Positions 1 through 10,512 of a DNA stretch of 64,000 nucleotides are shown here, in pieces. The translations under genes were made by a program, and so were the position numbers. Numbering within the stretch: position 1 is the first letter of the stretch; the number at the start of each line of letters is the position of its first letter. Below the pieces are notes generated by a model. It made no database searches, was not told where the DNA came from, and saw only the letters and a program-made list of their open reading frames with translations. Source of the DNA: Candidatus Poribacteria bacterium (GTDB lineage Bacteria; Poribacteria; WGA-4E; WGA-3G); assembly GCA_965242965.1 (NCBI GenBank), contig OZ251518.1:4864001-4928000 (forward strand), in the 5' to 3' direction.

Positions 1-13
1 TGCGCAACGCCGA

Positions 14-2167
14 GTGGACAGGGGTGTCTATTACACACCGCCGCAAGCCATTGCCTACATCGTCCGTTCTGTCGATGCACTGCTCAAAACGAAACTGCAT
101 AAACCGGACGGCCTCGCCGATGACGAGGCACTCATCCTCGACCCGGGTACTGGCACCGGCGGCTTCCTTTTGGCGGTGCTGAGCCACATCCGGCAACACG
201 TCACCGAGACTTATGGCAGCGGTATCTGGCAGCAGTATGTGCAGGGAAACCTTGTCCAACGGCTCGCGGGATTTGAAATTTTAGTCGCACCCTATACCAT
301 CGCGCACCTCAAGTTGAGTCTCTTTCTGCAGGCGAACGGGTGGATACAGCAAGAAAGCGACAGGCTCAGCATCTATCTTACTAACACGTTGGAGGAACCG
401 GTTGAGAAAGAGCGGTTCGCGTTCACGGGCTTCATCTCGGATGAGGCGAACGCCGCGGTTTGGATGAAGAGGGATGCACCCGTGCTGGCTGTCATCGGGA
501 ATCCGCCTTATCCCCGAAATTCGGCAACGCCAAGCCGCGATGAGAAAGGGAATCTTACCTTCATCGGAAGGCTCATGGAGGACTACAAACGGATAGATGG
601 AAAACCGATGGGACGCGAGAATTTCCAACCGCTTCAAGCGGACTATGTGAAGTTCATTCGGTGGGGACAATGGCGGATTGACACGAGCGGCTTAGGCATT
701 GTCGGCTACATCGTAAATAATAGTTTCCTGGAAGGAACTATTTTCCGGGGCATGCGGCAGAGTTTGCTCAATAGTTTCAGTGAGATTTACCTGCTCAACC
801 TGCACGGCAGCACCCGAAAGGCAGAGGCAGTGCCGGATGGGAAAAAAGATGAAAACGTCTTTGACATCCAACAAGGCATCGCTATTCTGTTATGCGTCAA
901 AAAACCGGATAACGTTGATGAAACTACCCTCCACTATGCCGATTTATGGGGCACCCGCGAGGAAAAATACCGAATTCTATCGGAGAGCGATGTCCAAAAC
1001 ACCGCATGGCGCGAACTCCGGCCGACATCACCCCTCTACCTTTTCGCGCCGCAAGAGACAGAACGCCGCGAGGAATATGAACACGGATGGGCACTCACCG
1101 ACATCTTCCAAGTGAAGTCAACCGGCATTTGCACGGGCCGCGATAAGGTGACGCTCCACCGCACCGAGGCAGCACTCCGTGCCACAGTGAACGATTTTGT
1201 CAACCTCTCTGACACCGAAGTGAGGGAGAAATACCGATTGTCACGCGATACGAGTGACTGGGCAATCGCGGCTGCTCAGGCTGATCTACGCGCGCATCCA
1301 GATATGGAGCAACACATCACCCGCATGCGCTACCGGCCGTTTGATATCCGTTATACCTACTACACCGGAAAGTCCCGCGGCTTCCATTCCAGCCCGCGCC
1401 GAGCGATAATGCGGCACCTCCGTGACGGCGACAACATCGCGTTGTCTACCACGCGCATTATCACGAGCCCCGCATGGCAGCACGTATTAGTAACCGATTG
1501 TGTGACTGAAAACTGTCATATTTCAAATAGGGCAAGCGAATCGGGACATGTCTTCCCGCTGTATCTCTACCCAGTTCCGACGGAGTTGGAATTATCAACG
1601 GAACGTTCCCTGAATTTCAAACCCGCTTTTCTCAAGGCACTTTCCGAGAAACTGGGACTTTCGCAGACAGAGTCGTTTGGGCTGCCAGCTGGGGTTTCCC
1701 CGGAGGACATCCTCGGTTATCTCTACGCCGTTTTGCATAGTCCTGCTTATCGCACACGCTATTACGCTTTTCTGAAATACGACTTTCCGCGCGTCCCGTT
1801 AACGGACGATGTCCATCTATTCCGAAAACTGGCAGGGCTTGGGCGTGCCTTAATCGACATGCACCTCGGAAGAAATCTGCCAACGACACCGAAGCATCGT
1901 TTTGAAGGGGAGGGGGATGCGGTTGTCGCAAAGTATGGCTACCGCAACGGTAAGATTTGGGTGAACCAGAACCAGCATTTCACCCATGTGCCAGCAGCCG
2001 TTTGGGAATTTGAAATCGGTGCCTATCCGGTGTGTGAAAAGTGGCTGAAAGAGCGGCGAGGTTCGGCGTTGAGTCACACGGAGATTCAGGAGTATCAACG
2101 CATTTTGGCTGCAGTGGCGGAAACGCTTCGGTTTGTTGAAGAAATTGAGGCACTGCCTGTCGTCTAG
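14..2167 (+). CDS. Type ISP/IIG-like restriction-modification adenine methyltransferase with C-terminal specificity domain; probably 5'-truncated by the window edge
   Basis: GVYYTP, motif I ILDPGTGTGGF, motif IV GNPPY, DENVFDIQQG, YRPFD and FPLYLY motifs; frame stays open to the window start. Confidence 0.85.
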   Translation: MDRGVYYTPPQAIAYIVRSVDALLKTKLHKPDGLADDEALILDPGTGTGGFLLAVLSHIRQHVTETYGSGIWQQYVQGNLVQRLAGFEILVAPYTIAHLKLSLFLQANGWIQQESDRLSIYLTNTLEEPVEKERFAFTGFISDEANAAVWMKRDAPVLAVIGNPPYPRNSATPSRDEKGNLTFIGRLMEDYKRIDGKPMGRENFQPLQADYVKFIRWGQWRIDTSGLGIVGYIVNNSFLEGTIFRGMRQSLLNSFSEIYLLNLHGSTRKAEAVPDGKKDENVFDIQQGIAILLCVKKPDNVDETTLHYADLWGTREEKYRILSESDVQNTAWRELRPTSPLYLFAPQETERREEYEHGWALTDIFQVKSTGICTGRDKVTLHRTEAALRATVNDFVNLSDTEVREKYRLSRDTSDWAIAAAQADLRAHPDMEQHITRMRYRPFDIRYTYYTGKSRGFHSSPRRAIMRHLRDGDNIALSTTRIITSPAWQHVLVTDCVTENCHISNRASESGHVFPLYLYPVPTELELSTERSLNFKPAFLKALSEKLGLSQTESFGLPAGVSPEDILGYLYAVLHSPAYRTRYYAFLKYDFPRVPLTDDVHLFRKLAGLGRALIDMHLGRNLPTTPKHRFEGEGDAVVAKYGYRNGKIWVNQNQHFTHVPAAVWEFEIGAYPVCEKWLKERRGSALSHTEIQEYQRILAAVAETLRFVEEIEALPVV

Positions 2168-2215
2168 TCTAGCGCGAAGCACTGCCTCTCGCAAGCCTTC
2201 AACGAAGGATAGTGC

Positions 2216-2244
2216 TTGACAAACTTCGCGAAATCTTGTATTTT
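2216..2244 (+). promoter_or_regulatory. Putative sigma70 promoter
   Basis: TTGACA-17 bp-TATTTT upstream of the MITE and the nucleotidase gene. Confidence 0.5.
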
Positions 2245-2248
2245 TAAT

Positions 2249-2898
2249 GAGAGTGTTTCATAAATCCATTATTTTTAATGAGGGTGTTTCATAAATCCAT
2301 GTAGGAGAGACCTCCCGGTCTCGATGCAATAGGACGGTGCCTACCGGGACCGCTGCGGCAGAAAGCCCCCTTTCATCGTAGGGCGAGGGCCTGTCCCTCG
2401 CCAACGTCGGCGCACTCCAACGATCGCGGGGGACAGGCCCCCGCACTACGGGAAAAAAAACGGCACTTCATCGTAGGGCGGTTGCCTGTCCCTCGCCAAC
2501 GTCGGCGCACTCCAACGCGCGCGGGGGACAGGCCCCCGCGCTACGGGAAAAAAACGGTACTTCACCGTAGGGCGAGGGCCTGTCCCTCGCCAACGTTCGC
2601 GCTACGGAAAAAACGTTTCTTGTTCTCTTAGGTCTTAGGGCCTAAAACGTCCCCTCTTGCCGATGGACAACGCGGGGGACAGGCCCCCGCGCTACGGGAA
2701 AATCAAGACCAGGAGGGCGCGCCTACGGTATTGCATCGAGACCGGGAGGTCTCGCCTACGGGGACATCGCGCGCATCGAGACCGGGACGGCGCACCGACA
2801 GGAAGAATCGAGACCGGGAGGTCTCGCCTACCAAGAGGGCTCGGTAGTCGCCAGTCCCAAGGGGAATAAATACCGAAACGGATTCAGGAAACACTCTC
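2249..2898. mobile_element. MITE-like composite element copy 1, carrying REP cargo
   Basis: Left TIR GAGAGTGTTTCATAAATCC (duplicated at 2280); right end AATACCGAAACGGATTCAGGAAACACTCTC; interior made of GTAG palindromes. Confidence 0.75.
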
Positions 2899-2933
2899 AA
2901 TTAAAGAAATCCAATACTATAAATCGGAGAAAA

Positions 2934-3917
2934 ATGTCATCTCAAAAACAGACCGCGGTTGACGCAGTCTTAAAAGCCGCAAAACTATGCCAAAAGGTGC
3001 AGGCAGATATGGTGCCAACAGATGCCATCCAAAAAACCGACCGGAGTCCTGTCACCGTAGCGGACTTCGGTTCGCAAGCACTCATCTGTAAGGCCATCGG
3101 TGATGCGTTACCAGAAGCCGTTATCGTGGCGGAAGAGGATGCGGAATCGCTCAAGACAAACCCGCCGCTTTTGGAACGCGTCGTCGCTTACGTTAATAAT
3201 TTTGACGCAGATGCCTCGACTGAAAACGTCTGCGCGTGGATTGATAGAGGAACAGGCGAGGTTGGAAACACTTTTTGGACGCTCGATCCGATTGATGGCA
3301 CCAAAGGCTTCCTCCGCCGGGACCAGTACGCGATTGCGTTGGCGCAGGTTATCAATGGCGAAGTAACGCTTGGCGTTCTGGCGTGCCCAAATCTGCCGCA
3401 TCGGTTGAATGACACCGTAGTTCCTAGCGATGTCTCAAATGCGCGCGGGTGTCTCTTTGTCGCCGTCCGGGGAGAAGGAACAGCGATGTATTCGCTTACC
3501 GGCACCTTTTTAGGACAGGCGCGCGTTTCGGCGGATGCACACTGCATGGCAGAGAGTTTTGAATCTTCACACGGTGACAGCGAGGCGCATGCGAAAATAG
3601 CAAACCAACTCGGCATCACCGCGCCGCCGGTGCAGATGGACAGCCAAGCGAAATACGGTATCCTTGCCCGCGGCGAAGCGTCTGTCTATCTCCGTCTCCC
3701 GAATCCAGCGTCGCCAGATTACCGCGAATGCATTTGGGACCACGCCGCGGGGCTCATCGTCGTTGAAGAAGCCGGCGGCACGGTGACAGACGCAAACGGC
3801 GCGCCGCTGAATTTTCTCACCGGCAGACGAATGGTTGACAATCGCGGCATCGTCGCGACAAACGGGAAACTGCATCAACGAGTTTTAGATGCCGTTCCAC
3901 GAGTGTCCAAAACGTAG
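2934..3917 (+). CDS. 3'(2'),5'-bisphosphate nucleotidase (HAL2/CysQ-like inositol monophosphatase family)
   Basis: SPVTVADF, AEED, WTLDPIDGTKGF, DSQAKY, WDHAAG. Confidence 0.9.
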   Translation: MSSQKQTAVDAVLKAAKLCQKVQADMVPTDAIQKTDRSPVTVADFGSQALICKAIGDALPEAVIVAEEDAESLKTNPPLLERVVAYVNNFDADASTENVCAWIDRGTGEVGNTFWTLDPIDGTKGFLRRDQYAIALAQVINGEVTLGVLACPNLPHRLNDTVVPSDVSNARGCLFVAVRGEGTAMYSLTGTFLGQARVSADAHCMAESFESSHGDSEAHAKIANQLGITAPPVQMDSQAKYGILARGEASVYLRLPNPASPDYRECIWDHAAGLIVVEEAGGTVTDANGAPLNFLTGRRMVDNRGIVATNGKLHQRVLDAVPRVSKT

Positions 3918-4226
3918 CGCGGGGCTTGTTCCCCGTAATTGTTCAACCTGCGACTCGCGCGTAGCGCGGGGGCCTGTCCCCCGCGAGTGTTCGACCTGCG
4001 ACGCGCCCGTAGCGCGGGGGCCTGTCCCCCGCGAGTGTTCAACCCGCGACCAGCCCGTAGCGCGGGGGCCTGTCCCCCGCGAGTGTTCAACCTGCGATTC
4101 GCCCGTAGCGCGGGGGCCTGTCCCCCGCGAGTGTTAAAACCGCAACTCGCCCGTAGCACGGGGATCTGTCCCCCGCGAGTGTTCAACCCGCGACCAGCCC
4201 GTAGCGCGGGGGCCTGTCCCCCGCGA
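3914..4226 (+). repeat. Tandem array of 7 REP units, 48-bp period
   Basis: GTAGCGCGGGGGCCTGTCCCCCGCG-like units at 3914, 3961, 4009, 4057, 4105, 4153, 4201. Confidence 0.95.
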
Positions 4227-4253
4227 TGGTTCACTTATCATACAGGAGAATTT

Positions 4254-5219
4254 ATGAAAGCTGGGCAAATTGTGGCACCACGTCACATCGAGATTATTGA
4301 CATCGAAAAACCGAACTTAGCCGATTATCCTGATGGCACGGTGATGATTCAGACGCAACATAGTGCTATCTGCGGCAGTGATATGCCGTGGTTTGAACTG
4401 GAGCACCCCTCGGAAAACTACCCGCTTCAGCCGGGGCTTTCCATTCACGAGGCAATCGGCGTTGTCACCGATAGCCGCTCGGAGAAGTTCAAGGCAGGCG
4501 ACGAGGTGCTCGCGCTCCCGCGCCACATCGGCGGGCTATCCGAATACTTCCTATCGCACGAAAGCGTCACGATGCCACTGGTAGACTTTGAACGGAAAGA
4601 CTGCATCCTGATGGCGCAACCGCTTGGAACAGTCGTGTGGGCATGCCGGAAGTTGGGCAATCTGCTTAATCTGGATACCGTAGTCATAGGACAAGGCCCG
4701 ATGGGGCTCCTTTTTACGCACATGCTGAGCAACCTCGGCGCGCGAACAGTGATTACCACGGATCTGGTTGATTTCCGGCTTGAGGTATCCAAACAGATGC
4801 GTGCTACGCACACGATTAACGCCGCCACTGAAAACCCGCGCGCGGCCGTTGAGGAACTCACCGAGGGGAGAATGGCAGACCTGGTTATTGAGGTAGTCGG
4901 GCATCAGACAGAAACTATCAACCTGTGCCTGCAACTCCTAAAAAGAGATGGCACGCTCCTCGCGTTCGGGGTGCCAGATGACGAGATTTACGATTTCCAT
5001 TTCGCCGAATTCTTCCGGAAAAATATCCGATTTATCGGTTCGGTCGGACCCGAGGCACTGAATGATTTCCCGTTAGCGATGGATATGATTGCGCAGGGCC
5101 GCTTTGATGTCTCACCGATGATTACGCACCATCTGCCGTTTACCGAGGCGCATCGCGGGTTCGAGATGTCCCTAAACAAAAAGGACGAGGCGATTAAAAT
5201 CGTCTTTGATTATGAATGA
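4254..5219 (+). CDS. Zinc-binding (MDR family) alcohol/sugar dehydrogenase
   Basis: ICGSD, HE, GQGPMG; start moved to ATG 4254 after AGGAG because the upstream extension is REP-derived. Confidence 0.85.
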   Translation: MKAGQIVAPRHIEIIDIEKPNLADYPDGTVMIQTQHSAICGSDMPWFELEHPSENYPLQPGLSIHEAIGVVTDSRSEKFKAGDEVLALPRHIGGLSEYFLSHESVTMPLVDFERKDCILMAQPLGTVVWACRKLGNLLNLDTVVIGQGPMGLLFTHMLSNLGARTVITTDLVDFRLEVSKQMRATHTINAATENPRAAVEELTEGRMADLVIEVVGHQTETINLCLQLLKRDGTLLAFGVPDDEIYDFHFAEFFRKNIRFIGSVGPEALNDFPLAMDMIAQGRFDVSPMITHHLPFTEAHRGFEMSLNKKDEAIKIVFDYE

Positions 5220-5412
5220 ATTGATAAAAGCGCAGTAAGACTTGACAGCGTAAGGCGGGGGCATTTCCTCCGTTTTCACAAACATCAGGACGAACGTAGG
5301 GCGGGGGCCTGTCCCCCGCCATGCTTGGAAGTCACCACAATAACAATACCAGAACCGTAAGACTTGACAACGTCAAGTCGGCCTGGCTTTGCAAGGTGAC
5401 AGTCGATTAACT

Positions 5413-5578
5413 GAGGGTATTTCATAAATCGCTATCACTCCTGTAGTTCAGGAGCACCTGCTCCTGAACCGTTCGAGATCAGGCGATCTCGAACTACAGA
5501 GGTGGGGCCGATGCCTGCCGGTATTCGCCCGCCCTCCAAGGCGGGATAAATACCGAAACGGAATTATGAAACACCCTC
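5413..5578. mobile_element. MITE copy 2 (short)
   Basis: GAGGGTATTTCATAAATC...GGAATTATGAAACACCCTC; flanks GATTAACT and GATTAAAT. Confidence 0.75.
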
Positions 5579-5587
5579 GATTAAATG

Positions 5588-6646
5588 CTAGGAACTACGA
5601 AGAGGCAATTCAACGGTGCGTCCCTCACGGCTAGCCTGATAGATGGCAAGGATAATCTCAACGGCTTTGCGTCCTTCGCGGCCATCAACGAGATGTGATG
5701 CGTCGGTTTCAAGCCCGAGGATTAGGTTTTCCATCTGTCGGCGATGGTTGGCATGATTAATAGCCCTCGGGTCGGATGCTCCGCCGCCGGTGTCTGTCTT
5801 TTGCGCGAAATTCTTCCGAATCTCCGCGTCTTCCGGCAGCTCGGGGTCAAATTCCCATTTGACGATGTCCTCTTCCTCTAAGATGACAGTGCCGTGTGTG
5901 CCGGAGATTTCGGTTTTCTTGAGCAGTCCGGGGTAGGCAGCGGTTGTGCCTTCAATGACACCGAGCGCGCCGTTTTCAAACCGTAGCGCGGCGACAGCGG
6001 CATCTTCAACCTCAATGCGTTCGTGTGCTAGCGTATCGGTAAACGCCTGCACCGCTTTGACAGGCCCCATGAAATATTGGAGCAAATCGATGGCATGGAT
6101 GGATTGATTCATGAGCGCGCCTCCGCCGTCAAGATGCCAAGTACCGCGCCAGCCGCCGCTATCGTAGTAATCTTGCGAACGATACCACTTGATATAGGCA
6201 TCGCCCAAGGTAAGTTTACCGAACCGGCCGCTCTCAATCGTCGATTTGACAAGTTGCGTGCTTTCAGTGAACCGGGAATTGAAAATAGCGCACAGCCGAA
6301 CACCGGCTGCATCGCAGGCGTTGATGATTGCGTCGCACCGCGGCAAGGTAATTTCCAGCGGTTTTTCGACGATGACATGTTTCCCTGCCTCGGCAGCGGC
6401 GACGGCGGGTTCAAGATGCGCACCACTCGGCGTGCAAACGCAGACAATATCCAGGTCAGCGCGTTTGAGCATCTCCGTGTAATCGGCGTAGCTGCCGACG
6501 TTGTATCTATCAGTGAGCCGCTTCGCATTGTCGGCATTTCGGGAACTGACAGCGACGAGTTGTCCGTGTGCTAATTCAGCAATGGCCGCGGCGTGAAAAT
6601 CGGCAATCATGCCGCAGCCAATGATACCAAAACCGTAAGTCTTCAT
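5588..6646 (-). CDS. Gfo/Idh/MocA family oxidoreductase
   Basis: GIIGCGMI, EKP, GGGALMNQSIHAID. Confidence 0.92.
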   Translation of the reverse strand: MKTYGFGIIGCGMIADFHAAAIAELAHGQLVAVSSRNADNAKRLTDRYNVGSYADYTEMLKRADLDIVCVCTPSGAHLEPAVAAAEAGKHVIVEKPLEITLPRCDAIINACDAAGVRLCAIFNSRFTESTQLVKSTIESGRFGKLTLGDAYIKWYRSQDYYDSGGWRGTWHLDGGGALMNQSIHAIDLLQYFMGPVKAVQAFTDTLAHERIEVEDAAVAALRFENGALGVIEGTTAAYPGLLKKTEISGTHGTVILEEEDIVKWEFDPELPEDAEIRKNFAQKTDTGGGASDPRAINHANHRRQMENLILGLETDASHLVDGREGRKAVEIILAIYQASREGRTVELPLRSS

Positions 6647-6712
6647 TTTTTGTTGTTCCTATCGGTTGTTTGACATTGTCTTGTTTGAACGGACAGATGT
6701 CTTTCTCTGTCC

Positions 6713-7366
6713 GTGCTAGGTAAATTAACGCTTATGTCCTCTGAAAAAAAACAGACACCAGCCGGGAATCACCCCCCGGCAGAAAATCAAGAATCGGGAA
6801 ATAAAACTTTCAGAATCGTTGTGATGTCCTTTTGCCTTGCGGTGACGCTGTTGTTTCTGTGGGTATGGCATCACCAGACGCAATTCAACGATTATTATCG
6901 GAAAGCGAGTTTCTTAATGCGCAACGGCGATACCGCTGCGGCGATTGAAGCGTATCAAAAAGCGATTGCGAATAAAAACCGCACGCTATTCTTCACGAAA
7001 GAGCCGTCTGCACATAATAACCTTGGGCAGGCGTATCTGCAGGCGGGCCAATTTGCGAGTGCCGTGGCGAGTTTCAAAACAGCCATTGAAATCGCCCCGG
7101 GGGTTGCGGAAGGCTACGTCAATCTGACGACAGCGTATCTGCGGCAGAATCTCCTCGCCGATGCGCGTCAGTTGTGCCTCCGCGCGCTTGAGATGTTTCC
7201 GGAGGTTGCGTTGCTCCACTACAATCTCGCGTGCGCGTATGCGCTGGAGGCTGATGTGCCGAAAGCGGTGGCTTCACTCACACGCGCAGTGGAGTTGAAC
7301 CCGACACTCAAATCCCTTGCGCAGGAGGAATCTGCGCTGAAAGCGATTGTCCCGCTGCTTCGCTGA
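6713..7366 (+). CDS. Membrane-anchored TPR protein
   Basis: One hydrophobic helix followed by TPRs (AHNNLGQAY, YVNL, HYNLACAY); start could be ATG 6734. Confidence 0.8.
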   Translation: MLGKLTLMSSEKKQTPAGNHPPAENQESGNKTFRIVVMSFCLAVTLLFLWVWHHQTQFNDYYRKASFLMRNGDTAAAIEAYQKAIANKNRTLFFTKEPSAHNNLGQAYLQAGQFASAVASFKTAIEIAPGVAEGYVNLTTAYLRQNLLADARQLCLRALEMFPEVALLHYNLACAYALEADVPKAVASLTRAVELNPTLKSLAQEESALKAIVPLLR

Positions 7367-7375
7367 TAATTTTCC

Positions 7376-7618
7376 CTAGCCTTGGAGATAACCGGCATTG
7401 GACAAAACTTGTGCTAGATTCCCGGCTTTACCACAATGCCCTATCAGCACCTGCAAATTCCTGCCGCGAAAAAACAGACTGAGTTGTCTCCTTCGCTTTG
7501 GATTTGTCCAGTTAATGCCCCTGCCGTGAAACAGAACGGGCACGTAGGCGATTTTCAAAGGTGTTGGCGTTGGAACAATGCTTGCAGCGAATTCCAAACT
7601 GTTTTCCAATTTTTCGAT
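7376..7618 (-). pseudogene. C-terminal fragment of the interrupted nuclease-like gene
   Basis: IEKLENSLEF...VPVLFHGRG continues ...ELKSGKARESEV of the 8340-8642 fragment if 7619-8369 is removed. Confidence 0.6.
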
Positions 7619-7692
7619 ACACGGTCGCACCCTTCCAGTAATAGCCTGTCGGTAGCATGGTATGTCTCCTGTTAGAGGTTGTCCCGGTATTG

Positions 7693-8343
7693 TTATGTTC
7701 CGGGGAATGTAGGTTCGGGTAATGTTTCCAGATACTTATCGATTTCCTTGATAATCGGAAGCATTGGAATGGAAATCTCTTCCCACATTTCGTATTTGGT
7801 GAAGTTTTCAAACGAGTATCGTCTACCGTAGATGCCATGTCCATCAGCAAACAAATCATCGAAGGTTTCGAGTAGCGACCGAAAACTCCATTTTTGTAAC
7901 ACGGGTGGAACCTCAATCTCTACCGATAATGTGCCGTTTTCACCAATTTCGATATTGTCAGGGTCGTATCCTCCACCAGTTATTTCCAATGGACCTCGTG
8001 AGGATCTGAAGATTTGGTCCAGTCTGTTTTGGACCTCTTTTTTCAGAGTGTCATAAAGAGGTACGAGTTTATGGTCCCTCTGGAATGTGTACCAACCGTT
8101 GGTTCTTATTTGAAGAGCTTTGAGTTTTAACTCAACGCCCAGTCCACAGTTTGTGAGCATTACGGTCGAATATCCTATACGGGCTGAGTCGGTTGACGCT
8201 TGGTCCCGCAGTGTTTTGGAAATTTCCGCAATCTCGATAAAACAGGTAGCGTCCTGTTCTAGTTTGAGTAGTTGATTACGGGTTTCCAGATGGAGTTTAC
8301 TATTCCTATTTCTGGGTTTACGCCTTTTTGAAGGTTTACTCAT
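7693..8343 (-). CDS. HEPN-like hypothetical protein on a lower-GC insert
   Basis: GVELKLKAL...HKLVPLY...RYSFE pattern resembles HEPN domains; ATGA overlap with the upstream fragment. Confidence 0.6.
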   Translation of the reverse strand: MSKPSKRRKPRNRNSKLHLETRNQLLKLEQDATCFIEIAEISKTLRDQASTDSARIGYSTVMLTNCGLGVELKLKALQIRTNGWYTFQRDHKLVPLYDTLKKEVQNRLDQIFRSSRGPLEITGGGYDPDNIEIGENGTLSVEIEVPPVLQKWSFRSLLETFDDLFADGHGIYGRRYSFENFTKYEMWEEISIPMLPIIKEIDKYLETLPEPTFPGT

Positions 8344-8642
8344 GAAATCTCCGTAGGTGTTGATGCATTAACTTCCGATTCTCTTGCTTTGCCGCTCTTC
8401 AGTTCAATTGGAGCGGCTACCAAGTTGTGCGCGGTAGTATCCGCATAGAAGTAGAAGAGGAGCCGGTCACACCGCTTTTTATCCGGGGCACGCACGTCAA
8501 ATTCACGCTCAACATTCACCACGATTCGAGCAGTGGGGATACCGTTCATGTAAACCGTGCATCCTTCGCCGCTGCACGAATGGATAAGGTTGTTTCTATC
8601 CACCCGCGTCCGGATTTCGTCAAGAACCTTGCTTACGTTCAA
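8340..8642 (-). pseudogene. N-terminal fragment of a PD-(D/E)xK-like nuclease paired with the ATPase
   Basis: KKRCD...PIELKSG; likely TTG start at 8642 overlapping the ATPase end; truncated by the insert. Confidence 0.55.
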
Positions 8643-9804
8643 ATTGACTGCCGCCTTTCGTTTCTTCCAGCCGGTTTTGGAGCCCTGCCGCCCGGTTGTA
8701 GAGTCCTTCAGCCACATCCAAGTATTCCGGCGGTTCTATCCCATCTACGGAGTTATACTTGATTTCTTCCACCGGACTTCCCTTTTGGAACAGCCACACG
8801 CCGACTTCTCTCTTTTTCAGAAATCCCTGCGGTTCGCTTACCTTTTCGCCCAAACCAGCGAGTTCGCCTTCGCGAATCAGATTGCCAATCTGCTGGAGGA
8901 ACCACACACTATGCGTTGTCACAACCACGCGGACTCCCGCGCGGACTAAGCGCGCAAACGTGAATGCCAATTGACTCTGAGCCGCAGGATGCAGGTGCGC
9001 CTCTGGCTCTTCAATAATGAGGAGATCGCCCGGACGCACTGCATTCCGCAACAACAGCACAAGAGGCGCGAATTCCACTACCGCGGACGAGGTATGAGCC
9101 ATACGCAAAGCCGATGCTTCCGTTGGTTCCTCCTGCTGCAGGCGGAAACCTCTCGCGGGACGATACCGCAATCCGGTATCCTCCTCATTGATAGGAGAAA
9201 TTATTTCTATTGCCCCACCGAGTATCTCTGTTTCTAATGCCTTGGCGATGCGATGCATTTCTGCCTCGGCACCGTTATGGGTTTTCTTGAAACCCCCGTT
9301 TTGCTTGAGGAAACCGGTTGGTGTTTGCATCAGGCTGCGGCGGTTGGCAGACAGATAATACGTCCAACTCTGCCTGCGCTCCTCCTTAGTGCGAAAAAGT
9401 CCGGCCCCTGCCTTGGTAAGTTTGTAGTTAACGGTGCCACTAGACATGGAAGTTGACATGTTGAGTGCCCAGCAGATTCGATTTTTCTGGCGGACCTTGA
9501 AGGCAAGTTTCATTCTCGCGCGGGGGTTGCCGGTGCGGCGTTTCAACTCTGAAACCGAGTCAATCCCGAAACAATTTTTCAACTCGGTCCGTAGAATTTT
9601 AGAAAGATCTTCTTCACCGTTGAGCAGACTCGCGTCAGCACGGTGTAGCGCGCAGATAAGCCGCGAGAGATACGTCTTGCCGGTGTTGCTCTCACCGACG
9701 AAGATGGTTAACGGCCGAAGGGTTAGCTCTGCTTTCTCAATCGGACCGAAGTTCTGCGCCACGATTTGGATATTTGAGGGTTTTGTATCGTTGATGTTGT
9801 GCAT
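8620..9804 (-). CDS. AAA/ABC-type ATPase (AAA_15/AAA_21-like, defence-associated)
   Basis: NFGPI, Walker A GESNTGKT, Walker B IIEEPEAHLHP, TTHS; ATG 9804 with AGGAG. Confidence 0.85.
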   Translation of the reverse strand: MHNINDTKPSNIQIVAQNFGPIEKAELTLRPLTIFVGESNTGKTYLSRLICALHRADASLLNGEEDLSKILRTELKNCFGIDSVSELKRRTGNPRARMKLAFKVRQKNRICWALNMSTSMSSGTVNYKLTKAGAGLFRTKEERRQSWTYYLSANRRSLMQTPTGFLKQNGGFKKTHNGAEAEMHRIAKALETEILGGAIEIISPINEEDTGLRYRPARGFRLQQEEPTEASALRMAHTSSAVVEFAPLVLLLRNAVRPGDLLIIEEPEAHLHPAAQSQLAFTFARLVRAGVRVVVTTHSVWFLQQIGNLIREGELAGLGEKVSEPQGFLKKREVGVWLFQKGSPVEEIKYNSVDGIEPPEYLDVAEGLYNRAAGLQNRLEETKGGSQFERKQGS

Positions 9805-9830
9805 TGCTGGCTCCTTAACCTTAATTATAC

Positions 9831-10512
9831 GAGGGTGTTTCATATTTCGATGCAATACCGTAGGAGAGCCCTCGGTGCTTGATTTCCGGTAGGAGAGACC
9901 TCCTGGTCTCGATGTGCCCGTAGCGCGGGGGCCTGTCCCCCGCGATCTCCATCGGCAAGTTATGTTTTTAGGTCCTTTAGGACTACATGTCTATAGCAGC
10001 ACGTGTCGTCCCGTTTTCAAAGTCCCTTAGGACCTTAATAAAACAACGCGCCGCATGTCAAAACCTATTAAGGACCTAAAGGACCTTAGTGTTCTTTGTG
10101 GGTGCGCGTGCTATAGACATTCAGGTCCTACGGACCTGAAGAGAACAAGAGACGTTTTTTCGTTCGCCCCTCTCTGTAGTTTGTGATCGCCCGATCGCAA
10201 ACAGGTCAGGATCAGGCGATCCTGACCTACAGGGCCTGGCACACGAGCGATGGCGAGGGACAGGCCCTCGCCCTACGGTGAAGTGCCATTTTTTTTTCCG
10301 TAGCGCGGGGGCCTGTCCCCCGCGAGCTTTGGATTGCGCGGACAATGGCGAGGGGCAGGCCCTCGCCCTACGGTGAAAGGGGGGCTTTCTCCCGCCGCGG
10401 CCCCGGGAGGCGCGCCGCCCTGTTGCATCGAGACCGGGAGGTCTCTCCTACCGGAAGAAATCGAGACCAGGAGGGCTCTCCTACGGTATTGCATTGAAAT
10501 ATGACCCCCCTC
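9831..10512. mobile_element. MITE copy 3 with a 13-bp target-site duplication
   Basis: GAGGGTGTTTCATATTTC...GAAATATGACCCCCCTC, flanked by ACCTTAATTATAC at 9818-9830 and 10513-10525. Confidence 0.85.

Noticed and set aside
3914-4226. Possible CRISPR array (also 12300-12650 and 14307-14530)
   Set aside because: The spacers are near-identical to each other and short, the repeat is a dispersed GTAG REP, and no cas genes are present
3939-4253. N-terminal extension of the dehydrogenase, and many short ORFs containing RSAGACPPR, ARGPVPR or GETSRSR
   Set aside because: These are translations of REP DNA; better starts with an RBS exist downstream
7619-8369. Integron cassette
   Set aside because: The junction starts at GTT, but no convincing RYYYAAC/GTTRRRY attC hairpin or integrase is seen
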